A stretch of 11,748 nucleotides of DNA from Candidatus Bathyarchaeia archaeon (lineage in GTDB: Archaea > Thermoproteota > Bathyarchaeia > Bathyarchaeales > Bathycorpusculaceae), in the NCBI GenBank assembly GCA_050010515.1, contig JBEKKX010000054.1, forward strand, positions 1 through 11,748. The letters run 5' to 3'. Made by a program: the position numbers and the translations under genes. Below the pieces are notes generated by a model, which was given only the letters and a program-made list of their open reading frames with translations, did no database searches and had not been told where the DNA came from. Below are positions 1 through 6,388 of the stretch, in pieces (within the stretch, counting starts at the first letter, position 1; each line of letters begins with the position of its first letter).

Positions 1-63
1 GAACTTTTATTTGATTCCTTTTAACGTTAGTTATCCGATTAAAGATAGATTTAGTGAAGTTAT

Positions 64-1335
64 TTGAGTACAGCGAAAAAATCGTCCCTTGAACTATTCA
101 GGCTAAGAAAAACACTTAACGCCCTAGCCAGCAAAGAGGGCAGCCACACGGAACTGATCACTGTTTATGTTCCGCCGGGCAAACAAATCAGCGATGCCTT
201 AAACCTTCTGCGTAACGAATATGGAACAGCCAGCAACATCAAATCCAACGTTACACGCAAAAACGTTCTAGACGCAATCACTAAAGCTCAGCAGAAACTC
301 AAGCTCTTCAAGGATCCAGGCGAAAAGGGCATAGTGATTTTTACTGGTGCTCTTCTGCAGGAAGGTGGTGCGCCAGGTACTGAACGCATGGAATCCTACG
401 TGATTGTTCCGCCTGAGTCTATCAGGATTTTTCTTTATCGTTGTGATTCACGGTTCCACACTGAGTATCTGCAGGAGATGCTGCGGGAGAAAGAAACCTA
501 CGGCATTCTGCTGGTGGACGCCAATAACGCTACCATTGCAACCCTGCAGGGCAAACGACTGGAAATTGTTAGGGAAATGCACTCTGGGGTTACAGGTAAA
601 ACTAAGGCAGGTGGGCAATCAGCTAGGCGATATGAACGCTTAAGGGACATGCAGCTAAACGAGTATTTTACCCGAGTAGGCGTGCACGCAAACGAAACTT
701 TCCTGCCTATTGACACGTTAAAAGGCATTATTCTAGGCGGACCTGGACCGACAAAATACGATTTCGAGAAAGGCGACTACCTCAACTACCAACTGAAAGA
801 TAAGATTCTTGATGTCGTTGACACTGCTTACGTGGAAGAGCAAGGCGTTAAAGAAGTGGTGGCTAAAGCGCCTGAAATCATGCGCAAAGTCCGCTATATC
901 GAAGAGAAAGAAATCATGCAGAAATTCCTCTACGAAGTTGGCCATGACACTGGAATGATAACTTACGGCGAAGCAGAAGTGAGGCGGCTTCTGCAGGCAG
1001 GAGCAGTCCGCTTGCTCCTCATGTCTGAGAGCCTGGATTTGGTTCGTGTCACGGTTAAATGCAGCGCCTGCGGCTACGAAGAACAACACACCCTCAAAAG
1101 CCAAGAAGTAACCAGTTTCGAGCAAAGCTTAGTCGGGAAACCCTGCCCAAAATGCAACGCGCCATCCATGACAGCTGTGGAGAAAAAAGATGCCATAGAT
1201 GATTTAGCTGAACTGGCGGAAATGTCAAACACGGATGTAGAGATAATTTCAACTGAGACGGAAGAGGGCCAAATGCTGAAAAACGCTTTCGGCGGCATCG
1301 CTGCAATGCTCAGATTCAAACAACAGCAAAACTAA
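64..1335 (+). CDS. prf1: Archaeal peptide chain release factor 1 (aRF1) with a C-domain zinc-ribbon insertion
   Basis: TASNIKS, YRCDSRF (YxCxxxF) and GGQSARR motifs; C-terminal FGGIAAMLRF; CSAC...CPKC insertion; TTG start with GTGA about 6 nt upstream. Confidence 0.97.
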   Translation: MSTAKKSSLELFRLRKTLNALASKEGSHTELITVYVPPGKQISDALNLLRNEYGTASNIKSNVTRKNVLDAITKAQQKLKLFKDPGEKGIVIFTGALLQEGGAPGTERMESYVIVPPESIRIFLYRCDSRFHTEYLQEMLREKETYGILLVDANNATIATLQGKRLEIVREMHSGVTGKTKAGGQSARRYERLRDMQLNEYFTRVGVHANETFLPIDTLKGIILGGPGPTKYDFEKGDYLNYQLKDKILDVVDTAYVEEQGVKEVVAKAPEIMRKVRYIEEKEIMQKFLYEVGHDTGMITYGEAEVRRLLQAGAVRLLLMSESLDLVRVTVKCSACGYEEQHTLKSQEVTSFEQSLVGKPCPKCNAPSMTAVEKKDAIDDLAELAEMSNTDVEIISTETEEGQMLKNAFGGIAAMLRFKQQQN

Positions 1336-1350
1336 ACCTCTGACGTAGCA

Positions 1351-1362
1351 GCTGGTTTTTTT
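1351..1362 (+). terminator. Putative archaeal oligo-T terminator after aRF1
   Basis: GCTGGTTTTTTT about 15 nt after the stop codon, followed by further T-rich tracts. Confidence 0.45.
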
Positions 1363-1441
1363 GCCTGTGAAATTGCTTGTAAAAATGATATCTCTTCCCT
1401 TTTCTGGTGTTTGTGTTTTAGGTTGCTTTTTTGGGGCAGGG

Positions 1442-1448
1442 TTTAAAT
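1442..1448 (+). promoter_or_regulatory. TATA box of the AbrB-like gene
   Basis: TTTAAAT about 70 nt upstream of ATG 1515, just before the decamer array. Confidence 0.5.
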
Positions 1449-1460
1449 CTTGGTTTTTCT

Positions 1461-1510
1461 ATGGGTATTTTTGGGAATTTAAGGGTAATTGAGGGTAAAA
1501 AAGGGTAAAG
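1461..1510 (+). repeat. Five tandem imperfect 10-bp repeats (nnGGGTAAww), candidate operator array
   Basis: atgggtattt / ttgggaattt / aagggtaatt / gagggtaaaa / aagggtaaag: GGG recurs at an exact 10-bp period, ending 4 nt before the ATG. Confidence 0.8.
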
Positions 1511-1514
1511 TAAC

Positions 1515-1895
1515 ATGCCTCTAACCGAGATTACATCGTTCAAGGCGAAATTGGAAAACCGAAACCGCATCCAAATTCCAAACCTTCTACGCTGGCGCTA
1601 CAAAATGGAGCAAGGCGAACTCCTAAAAGCAAACGTAAGAGTATTCGGCTCCGAAAACTACGAAGAAGAAATCTTCCTCACCAAAATGACCCGCGACGGC
1701 CGCCTAACAATCCCAAAACTAACCATGAATGTCTTCAAGCAAAGAGAAGAAAAAAACATGACAGGATGCATTCTTGAAGTGACAATTAGCCCTGCAGGAG
1801 GCTCCAATGACGCTTTGCCCCCTGAAAATGCTGAAACAAAAATGCTTGACAAAATTAAGGATATCAGGAGAAACTTGGGCAATACAAACACTTAA
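1515..1895 (+). CDS. Tandem AbrB/MazE/SpoVT-like swapped-hairpin DNA-binding protein
   Basis: Two AbrB-like motifs: FKAKLENRNRIQIPNLLRWRYKMEQGELL and FLTKMTRDGRLTIPKLTM. Confidence 0.8.
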   Translation: MPLTEITSFKAKLENRNRIQIPNLLRWRYKMEQGELLKANVRVFGSENYEEEIFLTKMTRDGRLTIPKLTMNVFKQREEKNMTGCILEVTISPAGGSNDALPPENAETKMLDKIKDIRRNLGNTNT

Positions 1896-1918
1896 TCTCT
1901 TCCTGAGTGTAGTCTAGC

Positions 1919-2593
1919 TTAATGTGCGCTGTAGGTGGAGGTTACGTCTTGGAATGAGCCGTCTTCAAACGCGTAAATTCTAACAGTTGACCCAATGTAT
2001 GGTCCCCAGTCCCAGCTCAGGTACCGTGACGGGTCGTTCCACACTTTATCTGAGGGATCCACGTGAACCCAGCTTCCGTTGTAGTAGTCTTCCGCCCAAA
2101 CATGTATGAACGTCCAGCTTGACATGTCAACAGCGACTACCAGCCTGCTCTGGTAGCCAAGCGCAAGGCACGCAGAAACATAAACTATGCTCCATTGCAG
2201 GCAAATGCCCTCGCCGCTTGCCAGAATTTGGAATGGATCCTCATACGAGCCTGATGGGTCACTGGCAAACGTTAACTTGCTTGATTCCCAAGCGAAAAGA
2301 TCAGTCTGGTTGTAGCTTGGGTTAAGAAGCGCTGCCATTTTGGCTTTGGTTTGGCTTGAATTCAAATTTTTCATTACTCCCAAGTAGTTAGCTGCAAGAG
2401 TTTGAAAACCTGCTGGCATGCTGTTCAGCTCGTTATTCAACTCGTTGTTCGCTTGCTTGCTGCTGCTTGCAGGATACCAAAAATACGCAACCGTACACAG
2501 CATCGCAATAAGAAGCGCAACCGAGGCAACCACTATCCACCTTGTGGTCTGCCTATGTCTCTTTGTCGGGCGAGCCTTCACGGCTGGATTCAT
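1919..2593 (-). CDS. Membrane-anchored transglutaminase-like protein with a PNGase (Png1/NGLY1)-like catalytic core
   Basis: Cys-His-Asp triad in GICLQW / HVWAE / HVDPS; N-terminal basic stretch then hydrophobic helix WIVVASVALLIAMLCTVAYFWY; start reassigned to ATG 2593 (MNPAVK) because the longer ORF overlaps DUF433. Confidence 0.85.
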   Translation of the reverse strand: MNPAVKARPTKRHRQTTRWIVVASVALLIAMLCTVAYFWYPASSSKQANNELNNELNSMPAGFQTLAANYLGVMKNLNSSQTKAKMAALLNPSYNQTDLFAWESSKLTFASDPSGSYEDPFQILASGEGICLQWSIVYVSACLALGYQSRLVVAVDMSSWTFIHVWAEDYYNGSWVHVDPSDKVWNDPSRYLSWDWGPYIGSTVRIYAFEDGSFQDVTSTYSAH

Positions 2594-2756
2594 GCGTCTT
2601 ATTATGCATTCATTTTGCGTAAAAACGTTATCCTTACTTAACTTTTTTTTGTTTTTCAAATGGAACTCAGAAAGCCAATAAATTTGTTTCTTTTTAGTAC
2701 GCTTTGCGGCAAGATGTTTATATTCCATCTTAGCCATGTTTTTGCAGGCGTTGTCA

Positions 2757-2990
2757 ATGGTTGAAGAGTGGAAAGAGCGAATAACAGTTGATCCGGGGAT
2801 TTTGGTGGGAAAACCCATCATAAAAGGCACAAGAATCGCTGTTGAATTCATCCTTGACTTACTTGCCAACGGCTGGACAACTGAGAATATACTGAAAAAT
2901 TATCCGCAGCTTAAGCAAGAAGATATCTTCGCCGTTCTGAAGTATGCAACCGAGATACTGACAGAAGAGAAGGTTTACCAGCTTCCTTGA
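2757..2990 (+). CDS. DUF433 family protein (putative antitoxin)
   Basis: RITVDPGILVGKPIIKGTRIAVEFILDLLANGWTTENILKNYPQLKQEDIFAVLKYA is the canonical DUF433 signature; ATG 2757 preferred over 2736. Confidence 0.93.
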   Translation: MVEEWKERITVDPGILVGKPIIKGTRIAVEFILDLLANGWTTENILKNYPQLKQEDIFAVLKYATEILTEEKVYQLP

Positions 2991-3015
2991 TGCAGTTTAC
3001 CTCTAGTCTGCTCGA

Positions 3016-3210
3016 TCCGACAGCTACCCAGAAGAGTTCCCCGCAAAAATGACCAGCGACGGCCGCCTAATAATCCCAAAACTAACCATGAAAGTCCTCG
3101 AGGAAAGAGAACCAAAAACTCACAGGCACCATCTAGAAGTCACAATAAGCCCAACAGAAACCCAAATGAAGCGCTTGTTTGGTTTAAAAGGGATATTTCG
3201 GTTCTCGTAA
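3016..3210 (+). pseudogene. 5'-truncated paralogous copy of the second half of the AbrB-like gene
   Basis: 3046-3092 matches 1683-1729 at 45/47 nt; translates SDSYPEEFPAKMTSDGRLIIPKLTMKVLEEREPK...LEVTISP versus SENYEEEIFLTKMTRDGRLTIPKLTMNVFKQREEK...LEVTISP; in-frame stop at 3004, small indels near 3115-3135. Confidence 0.85.
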
Positions 3211-3304
3211 TATATCCTGTTGTGTAAATCAACATTTGCAAAATCAGTTCATTTTATTTTGATTCTCTATTTTCCTTTTTTCAATGGAGCTAAAAGTTTT
3301 AACG

Positions 3305-3508
3305 TTACTTCAAAAAGTTGGGGCCAGCTACATAGGCTCGTTCAACCCATGCTTCTGCCTTGTCAGCTTTTACTCTAGCGGCGCCTTGTCTGCTGGTTTT
3401 TCCGCTTATTGCTACCGGGTTGCTGAACCGTCTAGCTTCGATTACTATACGCTCGCCTTTTATGGCATCGTTTTCTTTTGCATGATAATTCAAGAATGGC
3501 TTGGACAT
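3305..3508 (-). CDS. Small basic hypothetical protein
   Basis: ATG 6 nt after the stop of the upstream HTH gene on the same strand; no recognised motif. Confidence 0.5.
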   Translation of the reverse strand: MSKPFLNYHAKENDAIKGERIVIEARRFSNPVAISGKTSRQGAARVKADKAEAWVERAYVAGPNFLK

Positions 3509-3514
3509 AGCCTG

Positions 3515-3721
3515 TTATCGGCTCTCTTGGATTTTGCCTTCTCTTTCTAAGTCAACAAAAACTTGACGGACAGTTTCATACCTCAAACCTAATGCGTCCG
3601 CGACATCACTGGGGTACACTTGTTTTTTATTCTTGAAATACTTCTTTAGGTACGCCTCTATCAGGACTTTGGTTTCTTCCAATGGCGCTTCCTTTTCTTC
3701 GACGTGTTCTATGGTGACCAT
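3515..3721 (-). CDS. Small winged helix-turn-helix protein
   Basis: VYPSDVADALGLRYETVRQVFVDLEREGKI HTH pattern; GAGGGG Shine-Dalgarno upstream; TATA-like CTTTAATA at about 3768-3775. Confidence 0.8.
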   Translation of the reverse strand: MVTIEHVEEKEAPLEETKVLIEAYLKKYFKNKKQVYPSDVADALGLRYETVRQVFVDLEREGKIQESR

Positions 3722-3845
3722 TGCTTATGCCCCTCAAACTCTACAGCTAAATAATAAAAGATGCAAGTATTAAAGATTAATTACGTAAATTTTTCTTTTT
3801 TATGCTAGCTCTGTGAAGCAGTTTTACTATATTTAGCAGGCATGC

Positions 3846-4127
3846 CTAAGGGCTTTCCTTGTGGAGAAGGTGTTCAATTTCTTTTCTTTCCACGTTTTTT
3901 ATGAGTAGCTTTTTCTGTCTTGAGGTTGCTCCAAAGACTATTTCGACTTTTGTGTGCAAAAGCTTGGTGAATTCCTTTATTATTTCCGTGTTTACTTTGC
4001 CTTTAACTGGTTCCTCGGTGCAATGGACGATGATTTCGTCGCCATCACATTCTATTTGGCATTTAGGAGAGTTTGGTTTTACAAAAATTGAGATGATGAC
4101 GCCGTCTTTGGTTTGGATGATGCTCAT
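3846..4127 (-). CDS. DUF167 / UPF0235 (YggU-like) protein
   Basis: IFVKPNS...VHCTEEPVKGKVNTEIIKEF...VEIVFGATSRQKKLLI signature; ATG overlaps the topoisomerase stop (ATGA at 4127-4124). Confidence 0.92.
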   Translation of the reverse strand: MSIIQTKDGVIISIFVKPNSPKCQIECDGDEIIVHCTEEPVKGKVNTEIIKEFTKLLHTKVEIVFGATSRQKKLLIKNVERKEIEHLLHKESP

Positions 4128-5758
4128 GCGGTTATGCACTCGGCTGCTTGTGCTTTGCTGCTCTGCAGTGCCCAGCTAAACTTGTTTCTCAAGGTTTTGG
4201 GGTAGAATTTTTCTATGTCGAACTTGACTTTTTTTGCCCATTTCACGTAAGCCGTCGGGTCAATGTACGATTTCAGCGATGTGCCCAAGTTGTACTCTTT
4301 GGTTAGCTTTGTCAATTCAATATCAAGCTTAGCTTTCTCTATTCTGGTCTCGAGCGATTGGGTTTTTTTGCCTGCAGCCTTTTTTACTTCAAGCTGCTGC
4401 TCAAGTGCTTTGAGGTTGGCTTCTTTTTTGGCTAAGCGCTGGTCAAAGGTTGGCGGAATCTTTCTCTTGTGGTTTGCCACTTCAGCAACTTTATAATTAG
4501 CCATTTTTGCAGCGTAAGTCTTTTTGTAGTCTGGGTCATCCTTTACTATTCCGCTTTTTTCGAGTTCTTCTCTAACTGTTTTTGTGCATCTCCAAGTGCG
4601 GAAAACTTTAGCGGTTAATTTGGGCATTTTCTCGGAGAGGAAACGTGAAACCTTTTTGGAGTCGACGCCTTCGAAGAGGTATTCTTTGCTTGTTTCCATG
4701 TAGTGTTGGATGTTTCGGATGACTTCTGGTGGGGCTTTGACGTTTTTTATCCATCTGACGCTGTCTTTGCCGAGGAAGTCGAAGTGTATGGTGTCGCCTT
4801 CTATTTTGATGTGCTCTGCCCGAAGCGTTATGGCGCCTACTGTGTCGGCTTCACCTGGGTCTTTTTCGTCGCCAACCCTCATGTTCGGCTCTAAAATAAG
4901 CCACGACACAGTTGCAACCTTGCGTCTTGCATCATCTTCATCGTTGAGGTTTTTGAGGATGTGCTGTTCAATTGCCTTAATTTGTTTGCCTAAGGTTTCG
5001 GCTTTCTGGAACTTCTCTTTCTCACGGTTCTGTTTAAGGAAGGCTGTATCGGAGAACCAGACGTACTTGATTTTGCCTGTTAGCTTGTCTTCCCATTTAG
5101 CCACGTACATCTTGTCAGGTTCCCAAACCACACCTTTCCAATGTCCCGATGGAACAGGTGCATCAGGCGGAAGGTTTAGAATTATGTCTTCTTCATTTGG
5201 GCCGTCTTTCCATTTTCCACGCTGCGGATGGTCACCGCGACCGGCAAAAAGGCATGACGGCTCTGAAGTCCAGTTGGCAATCTCAAGTTTTTGTCCGTCA
5301 ACTTCGGCGTAACCATATTTTTCTTTGAATTCTAAGCGTTTAGCTTTGCGCTCTTCAGCTTGCTGCTTTTTCACTTCTTTGGTTAATGCTTCTTTTTTTG
5401 CTTTTTCCTGGTTAACGAAGTTAATAATTTGCGTAAAGTCAATTTCTTCACTGAGCGGGTGGTTTCCGTTGTTTAATGTTGCAAGGGCATCTAAGCTGGT
5501 TAAGTATTTTGAACAGAAAGCATCCAAGAAACTTGCTGAAGGGTTATCTTTTTTCAGTTGCCCAAGGAATTCCCGCATAAAATTCTTCTTAAAAACATTA
5601 TCTGGCGGAGACACGGTTGACAATGATTTTCTTATCCATGCAACCGCCATCTGCTCACTTTTAGGCGTCAGCTTTACCGTCTGACCGTTAAGCTTTATGC
5701 TGAAGCCTTTGTAATCGTAAACTGGAACGAATATGCCGTTATGCTTCAAACTTTTCAT
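4124..5758 (-). CDS. Eukaryote-like DNA topoisomerase IB
   Basis: LKHNG N-terminus, EPSCLFAGRGDHPQRGKWK, catalytic pentad in MRVGDEKD (R), FDFLGKDSVRW (K), LTAKVFRTW (R), ANHKR (H) and LGTSLKSYIDP (Y); short coiled-coil linker; alternative start at 5770. Confidence 0.97.
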   Translation of the reverse strand: MKSLKHNGIFVPVYDYKGFSIKLNGQTVKLTPKSEQMAVAWIRKSLSTVSPPDNVFKKNFMREFLGQLKKDNPSASFLDAFCSKYLTSLDALATLNNGNHPLSEEIDFTQIINFVNQEKAKKEALTKEVKKQQAEERKAKRLEFKEKYGYAEVDGQKLEIANWTSEPSCLFAGRGDHPQRGKWKDGPNEEDIILNLPPDAPVPSGHWKGVVWEPDKMYVAKWEDKLTGKIKYVWFSDTAFLKQNREKEKFQKAETLGKQIKAIEQHILKNLNDEDDARRKVATVSWLILEPNMRVGDEKDPGEADTVGAITLRAEHIKIEGDTIHFDFLGKDSVRWIKNVKAPPEVIRNIQHYMETSKEYLFEGVDSKKVSRFLSEKMPKLTAKVFRTWRCTKTVREELEKSGIVKDDPDYKKTYAAKMANYKVAEVANHKRKIPPTFDQRLAKKEANLKALEQQLEVKKAAGKKTQSLETRIEKAKLDIELTKLTKEYNLGTSLKSYIDPTAYVKWAKKVKFDIEKFYPKTLRNKFSWALQSSKAQAAECITA

Positions 5759-5927
5759 AACGTGTCTCATTCACTAAACCTCAATTACCAATGGCAAACG
5801 ACTTTTCACAGTTTAAGCCTTTGCCAAATATTTAACTATGCATGTTTTTTGCTTTTCGCTGTTAAGGCTGCAACTTTCTATTACCTCTTTCCGAGGCTTA
5901 AAAACATTAAGCAATAATTTCAGGTAA

Positions 5928-6338
5928 TTACTGGAAGAAAAGCGTCTTTTGCTTTTTCGCAGCCCGATCACTTTGAAGCTTCTTATAAACCGCCTCAACA
6001 TTTTTTCTCTCAACATACCCCTTATGCGGACGGAAACCGCCGGAAAACCCGCCTGGAATATGCATAAGTTCATGAATCAAAGTTCTTTCCTTGTCCTCAT
6101 TAGACATTTTATCATAGATCTCCGAAATAACTTCAATAGTGTATGAGGGCGGAAGGTTTAGGACACCTTGCCAAATCTTGCCTAAACCGTGAATTCGTGC
6201 GATTGTGCGTCTGGCTTTGGAGCCTTTGCTTCTTACGCAGAAAACGAATTGTGGAACAACATGGTAGAACTCGCATTCTTCTGCCAACTGGTCTACTTGC
6301 TTTTTGATTTCTGGGGCTTCAAAGTATTTTATAGGCAC
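5928..6338 (-). CDS. Small HExxH zinc metallopeptidase (archaeal putative/phage metallopeptidase-like, minigluzincin/SprT-like fold)
   Basis: ERTLIHELMHIP motif with a downstream His (FRPH); RSKGSKARRTIARIHGLGKIWQ; GTG start at 6338 after GTGAGGA. Confidence 0.85.
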   Translation of the reverse strand: MPIKYFEAPEIKKQVDQLAEECEFYHVVPQFVFCVRSKGSKARRTIARIHGLGKIWQGVLNLPPSYTIEVISEIYDKMSNEDKERTLIHELMHIPGGFSGGFRPHKGYVERKNVEAVYKKLQSDRAAKKQKTLFFQ

Positions 6339-6388
6339 GGTCCTCACTCTCTCCTAATGGCATGTATAGCAATGTTTGGGTTTAAAAG

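Noticed and set aside
404-1319. Alternative-frame and antisense ORFs within aRF1
   Set aside because: Shadows of a conserved gene, without motifs.
1461-1510. Decamer array as a CRISPR or telomere-like repeat
   Set aside because: Units are 10 bp, imperfect, lack spacers and are confined to a promoter.
2423-2450. 12-bp tandem duplication encoding NNELNNELN
   Set aside because: Short in-frame duplication in a linker; no evidence of function.
2594-2869. 92-aa N-terminal extension of the 316-aa ORF
   Set aside because: It is antisense to DUF433 and crosses the AT-rich divergent intergenic region; ATG 2593 puts the TM anchor near the N-terminus.
3284-3550. 88-aa hydrophobic plus-strand ORF
   Set aside because: Overlaps the better supported HTH gene and its coupled downstream ORF on the opposite strand; cannot be fully excluded.
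5813-6073. 86-aa minus-strand ORF overlapping the peptidase
   Set aside because: Out-of-frame overlap running into the topIB promoter region; no motif or SD.
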